In this document: piece after piece, positions 12,171-23,900 of the stretch | Position numbering within the stretch: position 1 is the stretch's first letter | Layout: each line of letters begins with the position of its first letter | NCBI GenBank assembly: GCA_030141605.1 | Contig: JAQGDQ010000696.1 | Coordinates: 46,951 to 110,950 of the forward strand | Direction of reading: 5' to 3' | DNA: 64,000 nucleotides | Source of the DNA: Tubiluchus corallicola | Lineage: Eukaryota > Animalia > Priapulida | Program-made: the position numbers and the translations under genes | The notes under the pieces: generated by a model | Database searches by the model: none | The model's input: the letters and a program-made list of their open reading frames with translations, nothing else | Told to the model about the DNA's origin: nothing

Positions 12171-15100
12171 CCTCTTGTACTGTCTTAGTGGCATTCGATC
12201 CACCCCATACTTTTTTTATATGAAGTGCTAGTATATAGTATATGGCTACCACCATTGACAAAGCTCCAACTAACTTCTTGGCGTTTGCATAAGTCATTTT
12301 GATCAGTTATTCAACTTTGTGTTTTTTGCCATGGGGTCAGGAACCCATATATCATTACTCCATATTCCATAATCTTCTTGAGAGCTATTTCTTGTAAAAA
12401 ATGGATTAATCTTATTTTGCAAGTCTCTGTTGTTTGAAACGAGGCAAAGTACTTATGTATTAACTGATGGCGCATTACCTTTCAAGGTACCAAACAACTA
12501 AGTCTAACAAGCAAAAATGTAGTGATTTTTTTGAAACTTGTGAAACTGGCAACCGGTGAAACAGTTCCTAGCTTAGTTCAAGTTCTAGTTCTAACACTAG
12601 TTCCTAACTTATCAATGTAAACCAAATCTCTAAATTGGTGAGATTATAAAGCAACTGTAACCAGGAAGTCTTGATACATTTTAATTAAGTAATACTTGAT
12701 ATTTTCAGCTATTTTTTCTTGTCAAATGTAATTATTTTATATGAGGCAGGAGAGGGGTTAAGAATAAAATCCTTAGCCACCCTAAAAAAAATTTAAACTT
12801 GCTGATAGGGCTTCGTTGAGTTGACTTGTTCTTACTCTCTGGTGCTGCATTTATATCATATTATCATTCCTGACTATTTACTATAATATGTCTGTAGTCT
12901 GTGTGAATGTAAATAAGCCTATTGTTATATAAATATCTGACAATGTTTGACAGTTTATCTGTTTGTGTGTGTGAGGTAAAACAACTCTGACTATACTTTT
13001 TACATTTGATAAAATTTCTTCGTTTATGTAAATTCTTCGCATTTATAGAAAGTTGATTACGGAAATTTTAAATATTCAGATGGTAAAACATATATATGTC
13101 CACCCAGTTTTCTACTGACCACTCTATTTTTCTAAAATAACACCATTTATTTCAGAAAATACATTATGGACGATTGTGCCTATACATTTTTACTCAGAAG
13201 GCCAATGTAGGCTTGCAGTATTTAGGCTTAGTGCACAGTACATAATACTAACAATTGGCATTCAAAGGTTGTAGCCTGCCCTGTTTCTCTGTGTTGCACT
13301 TCGTTCTCTAGCTCTCTAATTTTGACAGCAGTGCTGACTTTTAGAAACCAGTTATTTTTGACTTTGATGCACAATCAGTTTTGTTCTTTATTTTGAAAAG
13401 GTCTATCTATGAACAAAAATAAACGTTTCACAACTCAGAAGTGTCAATATACACTGTAGGTACTTGAAGCTGCACTAGGTGTGCTATTCTCTAATCAGAT
13501 ATTTAGCATCCATGCAAATAGATGCTAATCTAGGTATTATAGTTTTATAGTCTTATAAGGTCAGGATTAGTTTTTGCACGGAACAATTGAGATTTAGAGT
13601 TTAAAGTTCAATGTATTAAGTTATGCAACTTGATTCCAAGTTGGACAAAGTATTTATTACTCTATATTTTTTTTCCTTTAGGTTAAATGAGTTGTGAAAC
13701 CGATCAAGAGCATTAACTCCAGGGAGTTGCATGGGAACCATGCTAAGAACGAATGGACTTCAGACAATTGTCAGTGTTTTTAATGTAAGGAAGTAAAAAT
13801 TTATAAATGCAGAAATTATCTTTTCTTGTGTTGTACAATATACGTGCTGCTTCAGAACTCCCTCTCTAATTTGATTTTTCGTTATCCTTACAACTGTCAA
13901 CAATGGCATTCTTCTCGTGGTAAACTCTGACTCTGGTAAGTTAGAATTTTTTAAAGCTTTCTTCCGCTGTCATGCTGACTCTAGAACAGATATGAAAATC
14001 GCTGCATAGATATTCAAAAAACAGCATGGCTGTGTGGCATGTACATCTGTGTTATAAGGTAAGAGTAAGAATAACAGAAATCTATTTACCATAAGGTGAA
14101 TGTCATTGGTTGATTAGCAGTAAATTGAAAACGAAAGTGATGAGTAACTTTTAAAATGCCCCAAATTTATAATGGTTTTGCATTGCAGAGTTCAAGATGT
14201 TCTTTACAAAAGAATAACAGAAATCTGTGTGAGCTGTGTTTGTGCTACAGTCTGTTACTGAGTTACTAATGACAAACTAAAATAAATAAAAAAACATGGT
14301 TTAAATGTTGCATAGAAATGTTGTGATTTAAATGGCACTTGGTTTCTTCTGACAGCCTTACAATTTGAAAAATGTACCACTTAATGAAATCCAATTCCAT
14401 TATTGAAAGCATGCTGCAAGGTACATTCATAGATGTAATCTCATCTTCCCTAATATCATTTTTACTAAATCATTTCAGAATGACATGTGACATCACAATG
14501 TTTCATTAGTGAGTGTGAGCAAAGCTTCTATGCTGGTGTACTTTAGGGGAGAAAATAATTGTGGGCAGTTACTATTATAATTTCTGTGTATTAGTAACCA
14601 AAATATGAACTATTTTGGCAAGCATCTGTGCATCTGAATCAATTATCAGCCTTATGTGCTAAAGACCAAAAGTGATTTCAAAAAATTGCTTTACTGTATT
14701 AATATATGCCTTCATTATTTGAGAGCAATCAATTTCATGTCTGTGTTTTGCTTTTTAGTGTTCCTATTTAATTTATTTTGCTGGTATGTGTGATAACGTT
14801 TTAACAGGGGCTTGTTTGCATGATCCCCCATTAAACTGCAATGACACTTGAGGAATTTCGTCAACATATTGCATTCATACAAAGCAAATTTGTCCCATTT
14901 ATTTGTTTGTTTTGTTAAGAGAACTGTGAGTGAGTTAATGAATGTGCAGTAATGCTAAATTTGCACTAGCTAGCACAGAAAAGAGGCCCAAAGATGAAAT
15001 GAACATATTACAGACTTACCACTATGTTTGTAAGTTCATAAGACATTGTTTAATACTGCAGTAAATCATTCAATACATAGCAATCCAACACGTGATTTAT

Positions 15101-15242
15101 ACCTTGATTTCTGACACTATTATATATGACGATTCTTACATTTCGTAAATATTTCTTTTGGTACAAGTATCGTTGGTATTTATAAAGTATAATTGTTACT
15201 TTCAGTATGTAATCAGTCAGCCGTCAGTTTGATAGTGAAACG

Positions 15243-17483
15243 ATGGATACTGATGGTGATCGAAGTCGTTGTAAAATATTCGCCATGAAATCTGATCAGA
15301 CTAAATCTGCATTAGGCAACAGAAGTGAAGCGGAGCAAATAAAGATGGCTGTGCAAAAACGCGATAAGCCACCGTCTCAGCTTGTACTAACTGACCCACG
15401 CCGTAAACGATCACAAATCTGGGCTGGACACAAAACGTCAGATAGTGCTGTTGAAAGTGGTAGTTATAGCTCTAAAGATTCGCCTGCAGGTGGCAATGTT
15501 GAACACCACCCACAGGAAGTTTGGCAAGGTAGACAAGAATCACTGGGTGACACAGACGATGTGTTTTTACCAGCAGCCCCTAGTCGTGTACAGGTGTGCA
15601 CTCCATCTGGAGAGCATGTGTACAAGTCATTCCCTAGCGGTGTAGAGGAAGAAGATGTGCCAATGCAACAACATTTACAAGAACATCAAACAGAAGAGCA
15701 GATGAGTACGTTTGGACGAAATATGAATCGATTGTTTCTGCCTGTTCACAGCACAACCGTTTCTGTGCGCACAAGCTCAGGGAGTAGTCAAGGAGATGAC
15801 AGCAGCAAGGATGAATTATCCCCATTACCGCAGTCACCGCTACCACAGTGCCCTATGATCTCGCCAGTTCGTAAACAATTCGATACGTTCTTTAGTCTTG
15901 AAGACATTCCAGTGACCCGCAGAAGCAGTTCGGCCAGCTACGAGGAGGAACGCATAGAACCAGTACAGAGCCCTCGACATGAGCATCTAGTTGTAGACCA
16001 ATCACAAACTGATGTGAGGTCTGTTAGTGGTGAATCGACTTCCTCCACTGAGTTGACAGCCAGGTCTCCTGATTTTAAGAGTAAAAAGGGCTATTTTAGT
16101 AAGAAAATTGGCCGGCTCATTGATACAGAACAATTTGATGTGTCTCCGCCAGGTAATAAGCCAAGTGAAGATGTTACATACAGTGTGCAGAGTGTAAAAA
16201 CTCCTAAATCTCCTCGTGAAAGGGGTATCGTGATGACAGAGTCTTCGGACTCTGCCTTTGTAGATGAACCCGAAGCGAGAATTACTGTTGCACTACCCAC
16301 TACTCTTCGTTACCGTAGTTTTAGTGAACCGGGCGGTTTCTGTTTTCTCGCTTATGACTTGCCTAGAAGTGAGGTAGGTCAGAAACGAAGTGCCGAATTT
16401 GAGCAGTCTCCCGAGAGTGCAATTGACTCTAGTAAAATAGCACGAACTTTAGCTTCAGAGGACATTTTGAGACGTCAACAAAGTCTGCAGGCAGACGAAG
16501 AAGGACTGGGTGTAGAAATGTGTTTGGAAAGAGAGGGGGACGAGATCGAGCAGCGTGAAGACAGACCTGTTTATTTTATGAGACCGTGGCTTCTACCACC
16601 ACCCCTCCCACCGTATCATAGCCTTCCAAGCTCACCTACGTTGAGCTACCTATCTATGTCACCTCGCGAACCTTATCCGTCTAGTGCTAGTAGTGGTGTT
16701 TTTACGTTTGGTACCCCTCCACAAGAACCTTCGCCTGTATTACCTGAAAGTGCCAACGCAGCAGATAGGACTGCTGTCAAATTTGCATTTCCAACTGCAG
16801 CAGATGAGACAAGTGTCTCATCTAGTGGTCAGTATTTAACCGTGCCACAGCAAAATGAATATTACACATCAGAACCCATCACTTGTCGTTATTCGGCTCC
16901 CAAACAGCAGACAGTGAAAATGTCTACATTAGAGGATCAAGAATACAGAATTGATCCGCAAATAAAACTGGAGCCGGATGTAACGTACATGTGCCCCGTT
17001 TGTGGGCAAGCGTTTTCTATGTATGATAGACTGGCTAAACATATAGCTAGTCGTCATCGCGGCAGTGGTGGTGGTGGAGATGTGGCAAAAAAAGATCCTT
17101 CGCCTACCAAGTCTCATTTCTGCCATGTTTGTAAGCGATCATTTGCACGTAGCGACATGTTGACGAGGCACATGAGGCTGCATACCGGTATTAAGCCTTA
17201 CACATGCAAGGTGTGTGGACAAGTGTTTAGTCGCAGCGACCACCTAAGCACTCATCAAAGAACTCATACAGGTGAGAAACCGTATAAATGCCCGGCCTGT
17301 CCATATGCTGCATGCCGCCGCGACATGATCACGCGACATCTACGCACGCACAATCGGCAAACCAAATTACTAGCAGCGACAGAGAGCAAGACACCACCTG
17401 GTCAAAGCGAACAGAAACGATCCATAGAGGATAGTGCAACGTCTGATGTTGCTGCTGCATTGCCCCAGAGTGACAGTTTGTGA
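15243..17483 (+). CDS. klu: Klumpfuss-type (EGR/WT1-related) C2H2 zinc-finger transcription factor, 746 aa, single coding exon
   Basis: Divergent first finger YMCPVCGQAFSMYDRLAKHIASRH plus three linked fingers with RSDMLTRH, RSDHLSTH and CPYAACRRDMITRH, the recognition helices diagnostic of Klumpfuss. The N-terminus is long, S/P-rich and likely disordered. Confidence 0.9.
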   Translation: MDTDGDRSRCKIFAMKSDQTKSALGNRSEAEQIKMAVQKRDKPPSQLVLTDPRRKRSQIWAGHKTSDSAVESGSYSSKDSPAGGNVEHHPQEVWQGRQESLGDTDDVFLPAAPSRVQVCTPSGEHVYKSFPSGVEEEDVPMQQHLQEHQTEEQMSTFGRNMNRLFLPVHSTTVSVRTSSGSSQGDDSSKDELSPLPQSPLPQCPMISPVRKQFDTFFSLEDIPVTRRSSSASYEEERIEPVQSPRHEHLVVDQSQTDVRSVSGESTSSTELTARSPDFKSKKGYFSKKIGRLIDTEQFDVSPPGNKPSEDVTYSVQSVKTPKSPRERGIVMTESSDSAFVDEPEARITVALPTTLRYRSFSEPGGFCFLAYDLPRSEVGQKRSAEFEQSPESAIDSSKIARTLASEDILRRQQSLQADEEGLGVEMCLEREGDEIEQREDRPVYFMRPWLLPPPLPPYHSLPSSPTLSYLSMSPREPYPSSASSGVFTFGTPPQEPSPVLPESANAADRTAVKFAFPTAADETSVSSSGQYLTVPQQNEYYTSEPITCRYSAPKQQTVKMSTLEDQEYRIDPQIKLEPDVTYMCPVCGQAFSMYDRLAKHIASRHRGSGGGGDVAKKDPSPTKSHFCHVCKRSFARSDMLTRHMRLHTGIKPYTCKVCGQVFSRSDHLSTHQRTHTGEKPYKCPACPYAACRRDMITRHLRTHNRQTKLLAATESKTPPGQSEQKRSIEDSATSDVAAALPQSDSL

Positions 17484-19452
17484 TAAATTGTATCATTAAG
17501 TCAAACAAAATGTAACAGAAATGTGCATGAGATTAAAATATGAACATGCTTACCCACAGGTGACCTGTCATTATTCCCATTGAATGTGGAATGTAAATCC
17601 ATTTACTGTTATTGATAATCTCTCAATGACTCAATATATAGATTTTGTGCCCTGAACTAGTCTTGTTTGTTAATGGTCTACGAGTTATTGTTACCTTAGT
17701 AGTTTACTATATTGTCTGAGTTTTTTCTGGCCTAGTATCGAAAACATTTTGTACTTTCTCTAAAAAAACTGAGATTTTTTGGAAATTCATTTTACTAAGT
17801 TATATTCTCACAATAATGAAATCTTTTAGAGCAATGGATTTTTTTAATTTCTCTTCCTTTTTGAAACCTTACATGAAAATAAATACAAAGTAGTTGTTTA
17901 TTTTCATTGGTGGCATATTATTGGCAGACTCAATTTCCTAAGACGATATTGAGAAAGTAAATTTTGTGATAATGGGGATAATATCAATGCTTTGGCACTT
18001 GTGGGCTAAATTTCACCGTAAAAAATACAATATCACTCCTCGCAATTCGATTAGTAAAAAAGTGCCCCTGCCCACTTTGCTCGATGTTTTAGCAACCAAT
18101 TTTAATTGCACACTTAAATGTGCTTGTGACTGTCTGATTACCAAACCCTTGATTTATGAAAAACTTGTTTTTTTATAAAGCCTGGTCTTTCAACAATGTA
18201 TATAGTGTGAATGTCAGGTGACCAGTTTAGGTTTGTATTATATATACTTGTAAACTATGTAAAAATCTTTTCAAATTCAACTGGTTTTATTGAAATTTGC
18301 TGGCAAACAATGTCGATCACGTCATGTGACAAGCAGTTATTGGTATGGATGTATAACATCTGATAAGTTATTAACGTAAGGATGTTTAACATCCTGTGTT
18401 CAATGTTAGTGATATGTTAAAATGGTTAAAATCATTATTTTCATTATTAATTTGTTATCATCTGATTGTCGGAATCGTTATTTTTTCTAGACAGCTGATT
18501 CTGAGTTTCGTATTGGCTTGTTTTTAGTGTTAAAGAATTGTTTGTTATCAAAACGGTTTTGACTTTGTTAATACAAATTTGTGTTAAAAGAGCTTATTGG
18601 TAATATGGTTACTGCTGTTAATAATTACTGCTTACTGTTACAGGTATTTCATGTCTTGTTTAGAATGCTATAATTCGCTTACGAAATTTGAGTAATAACA
18701 AACCTAGACAAAAACCATACACTGTTAATTGATTAAGGTTTAGTATCTATATTGATCAAAATAGAGTTATGTGTGTTGATGCTAATGTTCTTGCTTACCA
18801 AAACAGTATAATTATTTTTAAGAGTTTTGTTATAATTTGCCATTGTTTAGAGTTTTGCATGACTTAAAACACGCAAAAGAAGTTTATGTTGGAACAGTAT
18901 AAATTTAAAATTGAAATTAAAGTTATAATATTAATGATAATAAACATATTAGTGATGAAATTTATGAAAACTTTTTGCACTCGTAATTTTGCCCATGTAA
19001 TAATAGCACTGCATCTAAAAAATAGTCAAAGTATTACGATGATATTCATTGCTATTGATTATGTAACAGGTAGGTAACAGCTGTTCACAGCCTGTTACCA
19101 AAATTTATTATGTGGTTACAAGGTCACGACTTAGATGTTCCTGCATTGGTTGATCTTATGTAAACATCTAGCATAAAAGCTATAGTTGTTAAAAATTAGC
19201 AAAAATAATCACAACCAAAACACACATTGGAGTTAACTGCAATAGTGAGATTACCAAATCATGTAGAGTATTGTTTCATGCCTTAATTAATATCGTTTTT
19301 ATTATTGTTGCACTTATTATCAGGAGTTAGGTTCAGTTAGCTGAATCTTTAGTACAATTATTTATGTAGAAAAGTCGGAAAGCAGGCTGGGTAAGAAGAA
19401 CAGTGTGGAATTTGCTAGCACTCGTCAACATTTCAGAAGGTTTACTTAGTGC

Positions 19453-19514
19453 TATTATTATTATTATTATTACCATTATTGTTATTATTAGTAGTAGTAG
19501 TAGTAGTAGTAGTA
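19453..19514. repeat. Compound (TAT)n(TAG)n microsatellite
   Basis: Directly visible. Confidence 0.9.
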
Positions 19515-20135
19515 TTCTTTCCTTATCGTTAAAAATTTAATGTTACATACAATGTAAACATAAATCATAATTTTTGATTAAAATTCATGTAACCAGTTTA
19601 GAAAAACTGATAAAAGCAATAGTGCTATGTTTATGTAGGCCTACACACTCAAACTAAATTAAAACTATAATTCTACAAAATTTAATGATTAAAGAATTAC
19701 AACATACGCAATGCATAAACTAAATTAATAACTAAATTTGAGGTATAAACATGATTACAAGTTAGAAAATTAATAATTATACTAAAGAAATTTACAAAAT
19801 ACACAGAAATTACTTTTATCATGGGAGAAAATATTTATGCATTACCAGATATTATTTTTTAAAATTAAAATTTATTATGCCAAAAGTTTCACTTCATTAC
19901 AGTTTCGTCGTTATAACCGTCACTATTATAATTTTATCACGTTTATACTATAATTTGGGAGTCTTATACTTTTACAATTTTTAAGGCGAGTATCTTAAGT
20001 CAGTATGAGTATGAGTCATCAATAAAATACAATAATTGTTTAAATTTTGGCAAAAAAGTTACCGTTGCTGTTGCCCTCTAGCTGCCAGTCTACTTCGATA
20101 TCTCACAATAGAAGCCGCCACATGCCATGACGCCT

Positions 20136-20152
20136 GTTGCTACGGTTGCTAC
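20136..20152. promoter_or_regulatory. RFX X-box-like site upstream of CCDC103
   Basis: GTTGCTACGGTTGCTAC in a short GC-rich patch about 0.8 kb upstream of a motile-cilia gene; similar to the consensus GTTGCCATGGCAAC but imperfect. Confidence 0.4.
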
Positions 20153-20970
20153 CGCCGTGTTGTTATGTGCAACAAAGCTGATTCTGTGGAGTAATCGTGA
20201 GAACATTAATAAATATGCGGCTTGTAATAAAATTCCAGATAATTAAAGTTTAGTATTTCTCTTTAAATCACTGTTCCAAAGTTTCTCACATAAAAAACCT
20301 AAGCCGAACTATAATCAGTATGTTGAAGCTAGATTTGGTTAAAATAATCTCAATCAGTCAATATTCGTAACACTAACAGTAACAGTGGTCACATAGTATA
20401 AATGGCACGTGTTGTTATAATCACAGATATCTAGATCACCTACAATATATATAATACTGTTGTGATTCGTCCTACACACACTAAAAAAGTATCGACTTGC
20501 CACACATTGTGTGTAAAAATGTGTGAAATGTAAAAGGGTGGTCCAGGGGATTCTTTCCTCACTGCAATGCCCCGAACTTTTTTATTTTTTAACATTTTCG
20601 GATATCAAATTCAAAAAAATTATAGCAGTTTTTGGTGCTACTGAGCTCTCTTATATATATACAAACAACGTTAAGCAGTGACTGTTTCAAGACGATTTTC
20701 ACAGTCACAGGTCAAAGGAAGCATTAGTAGTAATTAGTAGTTTGTTGAAATTAATCATAATTAAGTATCAATCATAAAATCAATGTTACTGTTAAAGTTG
20801 GAGAATAACGAATCATAATGTGTTAAAGGTGTACCCATGGACAGTTCGTTTGCAACTCTTGGACAGTCTTCCTAGAAACTTTGAAACATCAAGATAAAAA
20901 AAGATTGATTGTTAAACAGGTGATTAACAACATTTTTGTAGTTATTAAGATTTACCAAGAAGTGTGCAGA

Positions 20971-23900
20971 ATGCTGGATATCGATGCAGATGAAGCACTA
21001 GACTTCAGTAAATTAGGAAAAGACCTCAACACCGCCCTGGAAATGGATAACAACTACCAGATGAGAAACAAAGCAAAGTTCCAGGCTGTAGAGCAGAGAG
21101 TAGGAAGTTACGAAGAATTCAGGTATCACTATGATAAACTAATTTTGCTTAATAGCAGACTTAATGAGGTGCCATCATTTGTCACATGATGCCCATCCTA
21201 TCATATTGCAGCCTAATGAAATAGAACAATTCATAAATGTGTGCTTGCAAAACAAAACCGTCCATAAGTCGGCATAATTAAAACTACTTTATGATACTTC
21301 AAAGTAGAATGCACCAGTAGGTGAAATGTCAATTTTTTGTTTTTTATAAAAACAAATTCTAAATATATTGGACTTTAAATTTTAGAATCAAATTATCAAG
21401 AAAATATTCAAAAAGCACTAAAAATTTAATTTTATAGCTCTGACCTCACTTCTCTGGCTAGAAACTAGTTCTGCAATTGTAAAGAAATTGTATTTTCAAA
21501 CTCTGATAGAAGTGCTTGGGTTTTTCTTCAGCTGCTAAGCCCAGATCTTCGTCCGGAAGAGCCGTCTACTGGATTTAAACATAATAACTTGAATATGTTC
21601 TTGCAAAGTCTGTAGCTATGGTTGCTAAGTGTTTTACAGAAACGCAACAAAAACAATGACTGACTTTAACAGCAATTTTCTCAAGGTTATGTTTTTCAGT
21701 GTGTAGCGTGCACTTTAACTTTAATGTGGATTATCACAGGTTAGTAACTAGAAAAGCTTAATTGCCAACTTATTTTGCTACGCAAGCACACAAATATCAT
21801 AAATATGCCCTCGGTACAGACACCAGGACCGGTTCCTTGTTGTAGGATACAGCAATGACAGCGAACTTTGCAAAATCAGCAAAAGTAATTTTTCATCTAT
21901 AGGACTTTATCAGGATGCTATGACATTTATACAAGTTTCTACCAATAGACAGAACTGGATTTAGGCCTGGGAAGCCTGATATCCAGGCGTAAAACACAAA
22001 AGTTAAATTTCATGGCAAATTAAAAGGTGAGCCAAAATGAGTGATAAACACGTTTGTTAAAAAATATGAGTTTAGTTCGAAAGCAAATCCTTGTTTGATA
22101 ATATTTTTCTCCGTTTTATTGCCAAGAATAACCTTGACTACATTTTTCAATTTGCAATATAGACCGTGATATGATATAAACTGGTGATGAGGTAAGGTAT
22201 GAAAGTGTTGTTATGCCTTGATATCTTTTTAAATGATGCACATAACTGCTAAGTTTTCATTTTTTGTACAACTGCTGTACAAGATATTCATTACTGTATT
22301 CACATTTAATAATTTTGTTAATTTTTTGTTAAGAAAATTATTTTTTATTATAAATATGGTATTGCATTTTTTTAAAAAAGGAAGTCTGAGCCCTCTTGCA
22401 GAGACATTTGGGCAATTGTTCCTTTATACTACTTATGATGCTGGTCTGGCTGTCAGTGGGCATTTTTATTTGTTTTCTTTTCATTTTGTTGAATTTGGCA
22501 AACTCTAGTTGAAAACCAGTTTGTAAAAAAAAATTATGTACAATTTACTGTAGTTACAAAATTTTGAGAAGATTCCCTCCCATATTCTGGTTTTCACAGC
22601 TGGCAAAATGTAACATAATTGCAAACTGCATTGCACTTAAACTGCATCAACTAAACCGCTGCCATATTATACTTTAACGAAGAATGCAGTTTCATTAGTT
22701 TTGTGTAAGTGACTTAGTTACTAGTTTCTAGTTTCCCTTACCAGAATTGGGGACTGTGGCAATTACAAAAACAATCAAGTTGTTAGGACACTAAGGCAGA
22801 GAAACTTAGTAGTTCCTGATTAATATAATCTGTCATGTGATTATAAAATAATTTAATCATTGTAATGGGTTGTGCATAGATTCTGTATTGTGCATGCAGT
22901 GTGTACTTAGGTATTTGTCATATATTACCTTATTATCTATTAAAAATGAGTCATTTACTTTGGTACTTAATTTAGAGATATGGTCAATGCCGCTCACCTA
23001 AGACCTCTTGACAAAAAGGACAAGAAAGGTCAATGGATACAAAGATCCTGGAATTCATCGACACAAGGGTTGAAAGCAAACAGTGACCTGGAGACTTTGG
23101 TACAGACAGTTGCTAAGGTAGTTGAATAAAGGTATTGTCACAACATTTAATTGTAGGCTGTTTTATAACACCACTTCATGCAGTTAGTGTTGTTCTGATT
23201 ATTCAGTTGCTGATTTTGGCAAAAGTGCGTGATCGGGTTATCAATTTTAAAGAATGAAAATAATCAGTATCGGATCAATAATTTGCTTTAAGAAAAACAA
23301 GAAGCAAAAAACTTCGGACTATTGACTATTGAGTAATAAACATTATAATTTACAATAACTTGGAATGGTGTGAACTGTTCACAGATACAAAATTATAGTA
23401 TCTTCGAGCCTGCAGCATAGTACAGTGTTTCATACACTTTGCTGTCCACAACTAACATGTGTCAAAACATTTAAAGGAAGACTGGGTGATTTTTCATATA
23501 CTACCCCATTCTCAAGTACGGTAAAAAGTATAGATTTCAACACCAATAATACGGGAAAAGCATTTCTGATAATTAAATAATAGAAATAATAGATTAAAGT
23601 CTTAATTAACAGCGGGTGAGCCCAACTGTTGATGACATCACAAACGAACACAATTTTCAACAGAAAATATTCTGCGAGCGTGTTACACATGTTTGTGAAA
23701 GAAAAATTGAAGTACAGTGCTACTATAAGAGATTCAGTGTGTTGCAACAAAATTCGGCAAGTTTAAAGATAAAAATACAAATTTTAAATTTACTGCTGTG
23801 CTCACACATAAACTGTCGAACGTGTGCAGTACGTCATAAATGAACATATCCTAACTGAGAGGTACAGCTCTTGTTTTTTGTGTAACATGTTTTCAAAATG

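Noticed and set aside
11200-12380. Hydrophobic ORFs 11550-11906 and neighbours as membrane proteins
   Set aside because: T/C-rich low-complexity strand bias, probably the antisense of a decayed element; no splice or motif support.
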